Source: Geosiphon pyriformis uo1 (taxonomy: Eukaryota; Fungi; Glomeromycota). From it: 64,000 bases of DNA. Location: positions 248,001-312,000 of the forward strand of contig JAAOMT010000303.1 in NCBI GenBank assembly GCA_016748015.1, written 5' to 3'. A program made the translations under genes and the position numbers. Of this stretch, positions 48,872-62,434 are shown piece by piece. The notes under the pieces are model-generated. The model made no database searches and was not told the DNA's origin. It saw only the letters and a list, made by a program, of their open reading frames with translations. Numbering within the stretch: position 1 is the first letter of the stretch; each line of letters begins with the position of its first letter.

Positions 48872-51800
48872 TGACAGATCTAATTTGGAAATTTGCTATA
48901 TGTAATATTCAGAGTACCAATGTCTCTGCAAAACAAGAAAACATTGTTCAATAACATAAAAATTCAGATAATATAGTTTCAATTATTACTAAGATAAAAT
49001 TAAGATCTAACATTAGGCCATAAATCATGAATAAGTTTAATAAAGTTCAAATTTTTACTTTTGGTTTGGATATGAGTTTTCTTAATACTAGAGTTGCCAT
49101 AATTATAAACAATTTTTTGACTTAACATGTTTTTAAGATAGATGAAATTCCAGGTTGGTTGATTTTTGTATGTTTTTTGTTCAAAAACAAGCTTTCAGTT
49201 ATAATATTGAGTTTGTATGCTGGTAAATTTATTGGTATGCATTTTGGCCAAGCTTCTGATATCAATATTATGATCTCTAAAGCAATCAATTTTAGCTCTT
49301 TTATAGTGTTGAATGGTGACTTTAATGAGAATAGTTCCAAAAAAAGTGCAAGTTTCAAGTTCTGCCTAAATTTAAGTCTGGTTATTATTTTTAGTAGATA
49401 TTTATTGGCCAACATATCTACTTGGAGATATTCTAAGAGTGTTAAGAAAATGCTGAATTTTATTTTTGTAAGTAGAAACCTGATATCTACAATTATATAT
49501 CATAAAGTCAATTATGTGTCAGAGTTTTTTGATATAAATTACAAAATAGTTTTAATTATGATCAGTTTAGGTGGACTTCTAAACACTTATCTTAACAACA
49601 TTTGCAAACAGGCCAATTGAAACTGGTAGAAATTCAAGTTAAAAAATACAGATAAAACCCAATAACTACATTTTAGAGAACAATTCTTTACTGAGTTGTT
49701 AGCAAAATTAAATATATTTGCAAATATAAATGATGCTAAAAGATGCTACAGTATAAGCTGCTAATGTAGTGTTCTTTAAACATTAGTATAATGAATTTAA
49801 TTATTTAAAAAACAAACAATCTTTGAAATTTTTTAAATTAGAATTGCTTGTTATAAAAGTTGTAAGGGGTTAGAATTCTGAAAATTTTTTAGATTTTGAC
49901 TATTTTGTTGGGATTTGATTGGCTATTAATAGAGTTGAAATATTTAAGGTTGCTAACATAGTTTTGAAGAGTGTAAGTTTGATGAGTTTGGTCAAATATT
50001 TATCTATGATAAGAAAAATGTATCAAAGATCTAAGTATTATAAATCTAAAACATCTAAAGATACAGCTATAGAAAAGTGATTAATTGTCATATAGAAGAT
50101 TTTTGTTCTAACAAGAGACAAATAATAAAAAGTATTTTAAAATATCTATTTTGCAAGATTGTTTTGAATTACTTAGTAGTAGAAGATGAGTTGGTAATCA
50201 AGTCTAATAAAGTAAAGCTTAAAGTAGATAAAATCATAAAAAAATGAATGAGAAAGTGGTCAGTGCTCCCAAAGATGTCTGATTTTTGGGCTTGTTAGTA
50301 CATGTCTTTAAATTATGTTAAAGATGATGATTTTCTGGTGTAATAAAAAGAATTAGTATGAATAAACTGTTTTTAGTTGTTAATAATTTGCCAAATAATA
50401 AAACTGTTAGGTTGTTAGAGATACTTAATGAACTTTGAAAACATTATAGTGGAAAGATATTGGTTTGTCTTTTAAAGCTCTTGAATTTATGTTTGACTTT
50501 AAATATGGTTTTAATTCCTTAAAAAAGAGCATAGGTTTTGATAATCCCAAAATCTTATAAATAAAATAGTGTTTTAATAAATATTAGGTCTATTGCACTA
50601 ATTAAAACAGCCTGAAAGATCTTATCTAAGATTTTTTTTGATTGAATATTAGCAGCATACAGCAAATTTAACATTTTTTATGGTGATAATTTTTTGGTAT
50701 TAAAGAATACTTCAACTTAGTCTTTTATTTTTGCCATTAAATTAGTTGTTGAAGATGCTTTAGAAAAAAATAAAAAACTTTGGTTAGCGTTACAAAACAT
50801 GTGCAAAGCTTATAATTTAGTAGACTGGTATTATTTAAGAGCTAGTTTGCTTTACATTAAAATGTGCAGCAGGTTTATCAAGTTTTTTGGCAGTATTCAT
50901 AAAAATTGGATTAACAGAGTAATAACAGATTTTGGATTTTCAAATGGTTATAGAGTACATAATGGTTTAAACCAAAATAAAATTTTCTTTCTACTTTTTT
51001 GGAAGATTTTTTATGATCTGTTTTTGTGTAAAGTAAAGAAACATAAACATTTGTGTGATTACCACATTAATACTAAGTTTGTAACAAAGAGTAGTAAGAT
51101 TGAGACTATTAGAGTGAGGACTTTTTTTTTAGCTGCTGGTGTCTTTGTTAATAATACAATTTGAATTGGAAGCTGTTAAGCTTCTATACAATATATTTTG
51201 AATATTGCCAGTAAGTTTTTTAATATCAATGATATTTTGATTAATAATAACAAAACAGTAATTATCCCCATTAATCAAGGTGTTAAGTCTGCCTTATTAT
51301 TAATTAATGGCTCACTAATTTCAATTGCTAAAAGGGATGAATCATACAGATACTTGGACATTTTTTTATCTACTAAAAGTTTTTCTAAGTTTATTTTGGT
51401 TCAGACTTATATAGATGTTAGATTCTTTTCTAATGTGATGCTGAAGAAAACAATTACAGATAGACAGTTTTCTTACTTGGTTTCAGCTGTTCTACAGCCC
51501 ATTATTAGTTATTGGATGCAGTATAGTTTTGTTTTATTAAGTGTGTATTGTAAGTAAAATGTTATAATTAAAAAGAATCTTAAGATGAAGACTAGTTTAC
51601 TATATAATTTTTTCAATAAAATTTTGCATTATTCTTCTTTGTATGATTTAAAATTTTTTGAGCAAGTGCAGTCTAAAAAGAAATTGGCTTTACTGGTTTT
51701 CTTTTTTAATGCTCATGGCATTTTTGGGTATTTATTTGAACATAGATTTTTGGATTTGTAAGTTCTGAAGTGGTTTTCTTTGACTTTTTTACAATTTCCT

Positions 51801-53528
51801 ATCAAGTTGCATGTTAATTTGGTGAATAATTTTTTGGCCAGTATGGTAAAAATCTTTTTGAAAAATGAGTTATCTTTGATAAACAATTTACCCAATATAT
51901 TTTGAGGATCTGATAGTTTTTTGATGTTTGACATCTTGTGACAACTCTTATATTACAATTCTGTTCTTTTTTTGAAATATTTGGTATTGTATTTGATAAC
52001 AAACTTCTGGACAAGAGAAAAAAATTAATGAACTGAAAAACATTTTAGCAGTGGAAAAGATTGGACCCAAAAGACTCTGTATCCTACTGGTTTATACTGG
52101 CATCCAAGTTTATAAGCAAAAATGTTTCTTTGGGAGTTGAGTCTGCTGTTGTTTCTGAATTGTCTGTGCTGAATGTTTTGGAATCTAAAAATTCTCTAAA
52201 ATACATGGTAATTTGTTGGAAATTTCATTTAACTGTATCGAAGTCTACACAGATAATTTTTTAAAGAGTGTTGGTTCTGTTGAGGTGACAAGTAAAACAG
52301 CTGCTTATTTTCCAGCTGTGAATGTGAATATTGAGATTAGAATAGATAGACTTTTGTCTTCTACTTTGACAGAATTACAGACTGTTATCTTGGCTTTGGA
52401 ATATGTTTTATCTTTATGTATAGTGGTTTTGTATTTAAACAGCCAATCTGTAATTGATGCTTGTGTGTCTAAGACTTTGTGTGCTGTGTCTGATTTCTGC
52501 AATTATTGTTGGATAGAGAGATTATATATAGTCAATTTTATTAAAGATAAAGACATTTCTATTAAGTAGATAAAAGTTAAAAGACATTCAAAGATTCTGA
52601 GCAATATAAAAGCTGATATGTTGACTAATAAGACCACTTCATCTTTTTGTTCTTTGTCTTTGGGGTTTAGGAATGGTTTTTGGTGGCTAAAAACACAGCT
52701 GTATTTGATAATACTTGTTATTTTGTTTGTAATCTATACTAATCAATTTGTCATGCTCATTAAGAAACTGGTCTTGGTTATAATATGATTCTAAGTGCTA
52801 TGATTGGAAAAATAAATTGGATTGCTACTACAAAAGTCTGACATTCTGATTCTTATATGCTTTCTGGTTTTACTAATAAGACTTTAGCTAATTTGTATAC
52901 ATATTTGATGAAAGCAGTACATAAATGGTTGTCAATAGTCATTAGAAAAAAATTGTATAATAAGAATTATTCTGGAGTACTGTATTTACTATACAGTAAA
53001 ATTAAGCTGTTTGATCATGTTTTTATTTGTGCTGGTAATATTGGTCTTTGTAAAAACATTTTGGTTAAGGCTGCTAAGAAATAAGTATTATAGGCTAGTT
53101 ATTCTTGTTTATCTGCTTCTGTTATTTTACATTTACTGTTAATGTGTTCTTTGAATATAGGTTTATACACTGCAATTTGCAAAAATTTTGTGTTAAGAAA
53201 TTGGTTTGTTAAGACTGTTTTGGTTTTTGATAGGAAGAGGAAAACTGTTCCAACTTTTATTAAATATGTTAAGTTTGTAATAGAGTTGTATTGCACTAAG
53301 ATGTGGCTTGTTCAGTCCAAACACAGAGTGAATATAGAGAAAGCTGGATTGGTCAGAGATGATAATGTGATTTTGGGCTTGTTTTGCTGCTTAGTGTCTA
53401 TTTTATTAGATAGGATGATTTATATGCTTAGTGTTGTAAAATCTTTTATTGTTAGCTTTGATAAATGCAAATTGTGTTATTTTTTTTCTGGTTTAGGTGG
53501 TAATGTATTTGTTGGTATAGATATGTAG
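48871..53528 (+). pseudogene. LINE 2 ORF2 (APE-RT-RNaseH)
   Basis: ATG overlaps the ORF1 stop (TAATG); fragments at 49159, 50799, 51198, 52213, 52857 and 53142. Confidence 0.88.
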
Positions 53529-53664
53529 TGTTGTCTTGTTTGGTCTAAGTAGCTAGTTATATATAGTAAGAATATAAGCTGTATTTAGTCTGAACTACTT
53601 AGTTTGAGTTTATATACTAGATAGCAATTAGACTTTACTTGTAAAATAAATAATAAAACCATTT

Positions 53665-54160
53665 TTTTAATAATTTAAATAGTATTATTTAACTACAAAT
53701 TAATTCAATATTATTAAATAAAAAGATAAAAAACTGTTATTACTTATTTAAAATATTTTAATCAAAACTTTAAACAAATTTAAGCTATTATATTAAATTA
53801 TTATATAATATTTTAAATTTTAAATTAGTTTATAAAAAAGTTAAAAAATAGTATTTTTTTATAAATATGTTTAATATATCTTAGTAATTTTTAAAAAGTT
53901 ATTATATTAATTAAAATTTTAGAATTAGTTAAAAACAAACTACATTTAAGCTATAAACTTAATAATAAATAAAATATCTGATTTAAATACTAAATTAAAA
54001 CAATTTAGTAAATTTATTACACAAAAAGTTAAAGAATACTTAGCAAATAACCAAAACATGTATTAACTGTTTTAATAAAGAAACAATAACTAAAATAATA
54101 TACATCAACAAAACCCAATTATTATTACTATTATGGCTGAAAAAAATCTAAATAAAAATT
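53665..54160 (+). mobile_element. Eroded Gypsy gag remnant (continuation of sequence left of LINE 2)
   Basis: SDLNTKLKQFSKFITQKVKEYLANNQ resembles the family B gag segment ELDSKLKQFSDSINQKLKKYLADNH. Confidence 0.7.
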
Positions 54161-54275
54161 AATAGTTAGTATATAATAAGCTTTAATCTAAATAGGCTAG
54201 ACGCGTCACAACGTACAAATAAACCTTTCCATCTTTAACTCCTCTGAAGTTTAACATCACTGTCGGGGATTTTGA

Positions 54276-55654
54276 ATGGAAAGAAAAATTTTAAACCAGC
54301 CGAAATCCCTTTTCGGCTTTGCATTTATCGCTCGATTACTCAAAGTTTGCTCTAAACTTAAATGTGAAGCACCAGAATTTTGGACTTTGCGTGACCTTTT
54401 TTATCTATTTTCACGGAGAAATACGCCGCTTTTGGTATTTTTTAATCCACAAGCTTCTGAAAATCCCTTCTATTTATTCATAATTCTTTTTTATTGGTTG
54501 GGTCATAAAATCTCGTAAACAGGCTGAAAGTCTCTCACACTGTCAAAGCGTGGTTGAGAACTTGGTGAAGAAAAGATTTCTAGAAACTAGCTCTTTTTAT
54601 ACAGATGACGGTGATCAAATACTGGTTTATTCGATAAACCCCATAATATGGAAGCCAATTGAGAGATTATGTCACAAGCAGGCTCTAAAGGAAACCTCAC
54701 AGCCCGAGCAGGTAAATTTGTGAAATAATTAAATCGATATACCTGTCATATTTAACCTAATATGTTAAATTGACCTCGAAACTCAGTCAACTCAACAAAG
54801 CTTTATCTCAGGCACGAATAAAGAGCCAGGAACTAAAAGAAAATTGTTGAAATTTGAAAATGCCGCTGTGGCTATTGATTCAACCAAACCTATTTCTTCA
54901 TCAGATTTATTACCTTTCCATTCTAATAATACTATTGATTCTTCTAAAACCCTAGTCTCATCAAGAAGAGCTACATTTTCAAAAAAATCGCTCTCGCGTC
55001 CCTTTCGTCCTCCATTTAAAAAACAAGAGTCCTTGAATTCTCCATCTTCAATATCGTTGAGAACATCAAAGTTTCAATCTCCATTGAATCTACTAGAAAG
55101 ATACCCTGAAGTGAAAGTTTTAACCAACCAAAAAACGAAAATAGAACAGGACATAGGCAATGTGGAAGATACAATTCGAAAGATTAGAACGGTTTTAAAA
55201 TATAAAGAAAAGGTAAAATTGAGCTTAAATTTGGAATAAATATCTGTTCCCAAGGCTTATCGGGATTGGCTTCTTTAAAAAGGACGAAGATTTCATCCTG
55301 GACGAGTTGATAATTAAATGGCGTCATGCGAGCCAACAAGCCGCTGAGTTTCTTTTTTCGAAATTTCGAGAACACCAGACTTCACTTCAGCACCAGACAA
55401 GTTATTCAAGTGCTTGGGGACTAAATAATAATTGGGGTTGGGATGATAACAGTGAAGAAAACTCTCAAAATTTTCTTGATTATGATGACCATGACGATCG
55501 TAATTGCCACTCTAGGGATGTAGATGAGGAAAGTGATACAACAAAGAAAGATGATGAAAGTTTCCAAAATGTGACGATGAAATCAATGCTTACCCGTTTA
55601 GGAGTGGACCTGGCATTGATCAGTTGGGACGAAGATGAAGAATGTTTTCATTGA
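54276..55654 (+). CDS. SFR1: Swi5-dependent recombination protein Sfr1/Mei5 homologue; exons 54276-54434, 54523-54711, 54787-55212, 55283-55654 (~381 aa)
   Basis: Three phase-0 GT-AG introns give an open frame. Mei5/Sfr1-type motifs: RPFRPPF, LIIKWRHASQQAAEFLF, WGW, TMKSMLTRLGVDLALISWD. CpGs are retained. Confidence 0.82.
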
Positions 55655-55942
55655 TGAAGTCGACATAACTGGGATGTTTTACTTTTTCTTACAGATGTGA
55701 TTTATTTACAATGAGATTAGAAATTACTCTTAAATATCCAAAAATATTTAAAATTGAAAGAATTTCTACAATGTTTATACGCAAATGTAAAATACTATAA
55801 ATTACAAACTCGAAATACACTGCTCCACAAAATATCTATCATTTATATCACACATGAAATGTTCAAAAGATCAGGAACGCTATACCAAAAAAAATTAAAG
55901 TGGTTCCGCTATAAGTATCATTCAGATACCTGCCTCACCAAG

Positions 55943-56956
55943 CTATTTCCCTTCTTGATCAGGAATCTCTTCTATGTTGCTTGGAATATTGGTTTTCCAT
56001 TTTGCTTTTTTATCTTCATCTTCGTTTGATAATCCCAATAGAACTTGCATACCAGAAGTACAAATGGGAATATATTTGGGTTCCCCTGGACCTTCGCACT
56101 CGATTCTGAGTTTCTCACTACCATCTGGCACCCGATTGGCAAAAACAACTCGAATATACTTGTAAAGATAGAGCTTCTTTTTCGCGGGCGAACAAAATTG
56201 CAAATGAATGGCATATCTTAAAGTTGGTCTTGTAGATTGACGAAATTCCTCTGGGATGGTATACGACTTTTGCCGAAGAAAAGTTTTACTTCCAGCAGGC
56301 ATATCAGCGAAATCATAAGGAATTAAGAAAAATTTGACGGCTGTTTTGTTGGGATTTTTGATAATAACTTGCAGTTGACCTTTCATTGGCAAACGATATC
56401 CACCCGGGAATTTTTTATACGGCTCACCGATCAATCTATTTTCTAGATCTACATTCCCAACATAAGGGGTTGGACTGTCTTCCTCCACCAAATCATAGAA
56501 ATAAGCAGGAAAAACCAAATTAATGTGAGGGGGGCATTTGAGGGAGGATTTACATTTTCCTTTGCCTAATACTCCGATCTGTGCAATGAAGGTAATAGGC
56601 TTAGAGGGAGCCGTCGACATTCGACCGTTCAGAATAGATTCCTTTAAAATCCAAGTCATTTTAAGCGATTAGAATTTATTGGTAAAAAAAAGGAAAAATA
56701 TTTTTACCTCGTAACTGCCTACAAGGCTCCCAAACAAATCATTGTTTTGGGTAATTAAGGAATTTCGCCGCATCGACCTTAAACTGGGTGATGCTGGTGA
56801 AGAAGTACAAGAACCATAGCTGCCGTGCGTTCGATGGTAATTATGAGGGGAACAATTTAATGAATGATGGGGTTGCCGGCTCAAGTAATATACGTTGGGC
56901 CTTCTGGGATTTATATTAATTGGCAAGGTTCCTTGGGGAGATTCTGAAGGAATCAT
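55943..56956 (-). CDS. Atos/FAM214 family protein (DUF4210 + chromosome-segregation domain); exons 56956-56708 and 56641-55943; further 5' exons possible
   Basis: A GT-AG intron (56707-56642) joins GSLVGSYE|ESILNGRMS. Also CPPH, PYVG, GQLQVIIKNPNKTAVK, TFLRQK and LRYAIHL motifs. Confidence 0.88.
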
Positions 56957-59061
56957 AATGCTGTTTGTATTAATTAAGGGGATCTAGACACTATTCTGTT
57001 AAGTTTTAGTTTTATTATCCGTTTGATCTAAATAACCCTCGCTGCAGAGCGTTTTAGGGGCTTCACTAATAGTGGTTTGTAAATTTTGGTAATATTGACA
57101 ATTCCGGATTTCCCTTTAATGAAAAAGAAGAGATGATATGTAAATGTGCAATCCAATAATATCGCACGGCGGTTAGGAAAGCTAATCTTATTAGAAAAGT
57201 GATTTATAATGTAAATCTATTATCTTACAACTGAAAAAAAATTAGGTTTCAGAAATATTATTTTTTTATTGAATAACTTACATTAGATAATTACAATTTG
57301 GCAAATTAAAATTACATTTAAATTAAACATTCCAAAAATATTGAAAATTAAATTTAAACAATTAAAAAATATTCGATGCCGTAATATTATAGAATTTAAG
57401 GAGCAATTATAATTTTTTATTCAATATAATTAAAATATATTTTAAAATAACTTAATCGACAATAAGAATTTTTAAAGCAAAATAAAAAAATAAGAATAAT
57501 TAATTTTATAATTTATAAATACTTAACAACAATATAATTCAAAAATAACAACTATTTTTTATTAAAATGTTTTTTAATTTTTAATACTTTTTAAAATCAA
57601 ATTAATTAAAAAATACAAGTAAATTGAATAAATATTATTATTACTTTTAATTTTAATTAATGTATTAGCCATTTTTTTTTATATTTTATATTATAATATA
57701 ATATTTTTTTTAATGTTTTTATTAAATATGATTTTACTACTAACTATATACATAATATTAATATATTTTATAATAGATACAATTTAAATTTGTTTGCATA
57801 TAACCAGTTATTTAAACTTATATTAAAAATTATTATTACTTTTTTAAACCAAAAAAGACTTATGAATTCTATTTTACTTAAATAATTTTTTAATATTTGT
57901 TATAAACATGCTTAAATATTCAATTTTTGGTTTTTTTTATAAAACTTTACATTATTTTTTTATATATTTTATATTTAATATAATTTATCAAATTTAATAC
58001 AATTAATTAATTATCTATATTATAAATATCTAAATAAAATTTATTTCTATTTTTAAACTAAACAGAGCTTTTAAACAAATTAATAATTAAACTAAATACA
58101 CTTGATTTGAGTTTTTACAAAAATAAAATGAATTTTTATATTTATAACAGAATTTATATTAGTAGCAAAAAAACAATTAGATTTATTTCAAATTTAATTT
58201 TTTCAAACATAAATTTTATTATATAAGACAAATCTTATAACTTAAATTCTAATAAACATAATTTAAATTTAAAAGTTTTATTAAAAATTTAAATTAAAAG
58301 CAATAAAAAAAGCTTTAAACTTAATATAAAACATTAAATTATTTAATTAATTAACAAAACTTTAATAATTTTAACAAACTAAAATAAAAATTAATAATCA
58401 TATAATTCAAATTTTAATATTAATAACAAGATTAATATTTAAAAGTTTTTTGCTAAATATAACTTTTTTTAAAATACCAGTTTTAATAATTATAATATTA
58501 AAAAAAATTTTAAACTTGAAAATAATAATAGCTTATTTTTAATAGTAAATAAATTTAAATATTTAAAAAATAAAACAAGTTTAATTATAAACTTAAAGAA
58601 TTATATTACTAATTTCAAAAACAATACAACCAAAAAAAATTAATTTGGTTTTAAATATATTATAAAAAATAATACTATTAATTAAAAAAAATTAAAACAT
58701 AATTTTTTTTATCAAAATTAACTAAATAATAACAGTTTTTAAAATTTTAAAAGACTTAAAATTAACAATTATATATTATTACAAACAATAAATTTTAATA
58801 ATAATATTTAAAAAGTCTAAAAAATAGGTTTATACAAAAAAAATTAATATTATTTATAATTATTTTTAAAACTAAAACATAATTTTAATATAAATTAATT
58901 TTGTTTCATAATAATACCAAATAACAAAATAAAATTATTTATTTAAACTTTTTTAATAATTAATACTTGTTTTTTAAATATTACTAAAACCAATAATATT
59001 TTTAAAAAATAAAATTTTATTTTATTAGCTTAATTTTGAAATTAAATAATCTAATAATATA

Positions 59062-59063
<2 letters not shown>

Positions 59064-59096
<33 letters not shown>
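59064..59096. repeat. (TTA)11 microsatellite at the 5' flank of LINE 3
   Basis: Direct reading. Confidence 0.9.
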
Positions 59097-59097
<1 letters not shown>

Positions 59098-59098
<1 letters not shown>

Positions 59099-62000
59099 AA
59101 AAAAACTTTTTTTTTCTTATGTTCCAAATTTTCCAAAAATCACATTTTTAAAAAAGAAGTTTTTTGTTTTTTTTTTGTTTTTTTATTCAATATTTTTTAA
59201 CTTAATAATTCTTTTGTTGTAAACTTAAAAGCTGCTTTAAGTGATAGTATGTTTAAGAAAAAAATGTCCAAAAACACTTTTTATGATTCTATTAATGGTT
59301 CTTTTACTCAGAAAAAAAAGTTAGTTCTTGATAACATTAAATACTTTGGTGATAAAAAGAATATATTTTAGTTAGATTTGGTTCTAATAGTGTTTACTCA
59401 GATTTAAACAGTCAGTCTAGTGGTAATAAAGACAGTAATATTATAGAAAACATTAATAGTAAATCTTTTTTAGGTTTAGTTGTAATTACTCTCAAAACCA
59501 AAAAAGTAATTAGTAATATAGATTGTGACTTTTTCTTAGATTTTCTTAAATTTGATATAAAAAAGGAAGTTAGTTCTCTTTTATTTTCTCTTAATATTTC
59601 TTTGGACAAAAAATAGATTGACTTTAAAATAGTGAAGACTCCAATTGAAATAATTATTAAAAAATTTTTTGCTTTGGATATTAATTTATTAACAATAAAA
59701 AGCAAATTAGCAACAGTTAAAATACAAACAATTAAAAAGTTATTTTTATTAATCAATAGTTTTAAAAAAACCACTACTCTTTCAAAATTTGAAGAAATTA
59801 TTTAATTAACATTTATATTAGAAAAAAGTATAAAAAAAACCACATTATTGGCTAAAAAAAAAGAAATCAAAATAAACAGTAATCTTAAAAAACAAAAAAT
59901 TAGATCAGATTAAACTGTGATAATAAAAAAAATGATCATTATTATAGTATTAAAATTTGGTCAAATTATAACTTATTGGGCTGTAACAAAAAACTGTGGT
60001 AGGATTTGCTAAATTGGTTCAAGCAAATTAGTTGACAGCAAAGTAGTTATTCTTAATTGAGAAAAATTCAGTGTATATAGCCAAAGTCATAAAAGATTGT
60101 AATATTTGGATGTTAAAAGATTAGTTTAGAGTACTTTTATTTACTTTGCCAATAAGAACAACTGCTTATAATCTAAGTGCTTTATTGAAAAAAGCTGGTA
60201 AAAAAAACTTGTATTATTAACCAATCATTTGATATTGGCAATAAAATTTATTGTACTATAGTTGGTTTTAAAACAAATAAAAAACTTAAAGCTGTTTTTT
60301 GTATAAAGCCAATTTTTAGTAATATAAAACTTTTTTGGACTAAATTAAATTTGGTTTGTTGTGAGAAATGTAAGTGTTTTAGATATTTGGTTTTAAAATA
60401 TAATATATTAAGCACATCTATTTTATCTTCTAATAAAATTTATAAAAAAATTGCTTTGGAAGAGAATCATCTTCAGTTGGCTAGATTGTATGCTAAGAAA
60501 AGTATTCTTATTTTCTGTTCTGTCACATTCAGCAGCAAATTTTGGATTCAAGTAGTTTTGCTTGCTGTTTTTTTTAATAATATTTATTCTGATTCTGGTT
60601 TTGGATTCTTTTTTTTTGGTACATTATGTATTAAAAAAAGTCTTCTAGTTGTTTAAAATAATTCATTTATTAATGCCTATTTGACATTTTTAGAGCACTC
60701 TTTAGAGCTTTTGGCAAATTAAATGTTTAATATTATGTAACAATTAAGCTTTGTAGATCTGGTATTCCTGGTGCCCATTTTTTAATCTTTTTTTTTATTG
60801 TATTTGTATTATTAAATTCAAATTTGGATTTGGATATGGTTTTAAATAATCTACTTGTGTTATCTGTTTTTCTTCTTTCAGTCATAAATAAAAAAATTTC
60901 AGATTTTGGGTTTGAGTAGATTAAAAATTTTAATCATCAAAATAAGCAGCTTGGAATCAAAAATAGTGGTCTTTAAAGTTTTAGTTAGTTCAGTATTAAA
61001 AAAGTTAAAACAGTTGTGTGCTAACTTAAGTTTTTTTGTGGTTGTCTCAACTTAATAACTGATTTGATTTAAAAAATTGCTATGTGTAATGTTTATAGTA
61101 TTAATATCCTTGCTAAACAAAAAAACATTGTTTATTAATATACAGAATCAAGTAATATGATCTCTATTATTATAAAAACAAAATTAAGATCTAATATTAA
61201 GTTATGAATTGCTAGTAGGTTTAATAAGATAAAAATTTTCATATTTGGTTTAAACAAAAGCTTTTTTGATACTGGAGTAACAATTATTATAAACAATTTT
61301 CTGGCTTGTTATGTCTTAAAAATAAAAAAAATCTTTGGTTAAATCATTTCAATATAACTTTTGTTTAAGAATAAATTATTAGTTACAATTTTGGGTTTAT
61401 ATGCAAGTGTTTTTGCTGAAGCTAGATTTGGTCAAACATTAGAAGTCAACTTTTTTATTGTTAAAACTATTAACTCCAGTATTTTTACAGTATTAGATAA
61501 AAATTTCAATAAAAACAGTTCAAAAAAAAGTGCAAGTTTTAGGTTTTGTGTGAATTTAAGCTTAATTAACTTATTTAGTAGACATTTATTAGTCAAGACT
61601 CTTATTTGGAGTAATTTTAAAAGTGTTAAGAAAGTTATTAATTTCATTTTTGTAAATTAAGATTTGGTGTCTATAGTTACTGATTATGGAGTTGATAATG
61701 TGTTTGAATTATTTAATACTAATCACAAGGCAGTTTTAGTTACAGTTAGCTTGGATGGTCTTTTGAATGTTTGCCTTAATAATAATCATAAACAAACTAA
61801 TAAAAATAGATAGAAGTTCAAAATTAAAAATGCTAAGATCAGTAAGTAATTACAGTTTAAGAAGTATTTATTGAACAAATTCTTGAAAAAAGCGGATAAA
61901 TTTAATAGTATAAGAAGTTGTAATAATCTAGACACTATATAGAAAATTCTAAAAAAAATGGTGGTGAACTTTGCTGATAAAATGTTTTTTAGACTTTGGT

Positions 62001-62434
62001 TTAGTAAGTTTAAATGTTCAAAAAATAAGCAATTATTTAAATTTTTTAAGTTGGAGTTGTTGATGGCCAAAATCATAAAGGATTTGGGTTCAAATCAAGA
62101 TTTAAAAACAAATTACTTTATTAATACCTGGATTAACATTGATGAAAAAAAACCTTCAGATTGTGCATTATAATTAATAATAGTGAAAGTTTAAAGAAAA
62201 TTATATATTATCTGTTGAAAATTAAAAAAAAATACTGTAAATTTAAATATTATGAATTCAAAATTGTCTGGAATGATTTCATCAAAAAAATTATTAATAG
62301 GCATATAAAATTTTTTTGTTCTGATAAAAAAAGAATAATCAAGAGTGTTTTGGGTTAGCCATTTCAAAAAATAGTACTCAATTATCGAGTAATTAATAAT
62401 AATTTAATTCTAGAACCATGTAAATTAAGTTTAT
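59098..62434 (+). mobile_element. LINE copy 3 (ORF1 ~59220-61055 and 5' part of ORF2), interrupted by family A Gypsy
   Basis: The 5' end matches LINE 2; CEKCKCF knuckle; APE relic (NFIFVN); breaks at the LTR. Confidence 0.88.

Larger units (their letters stand above)
46870..53653 (+). mobile_element. LINE copy 2, full length, degenerate; inserted in an eroded Gypsy gag
   Basis: 11-bp TSD TAAAACCATTT (46859-46869 and 53654-53664), ORF1/ORF2 motifs (GDFNE, VYTDN, TELQT), A-rich tail. Confidence 0.93.

Noticed and set aside
55754-56214. Short ORFs 55754-56029, 55972-56214 and 55974-56165
   Set aside because: Shadow or alternative-frame ORFs overlapping the Atos/FAM214 gene and the 3' UTRs.
57400-59060. 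Extremely AT-rich tract, probably an old transposon
   Set aside because: Too eroded to assign to a family by eye; no supportable ORF.
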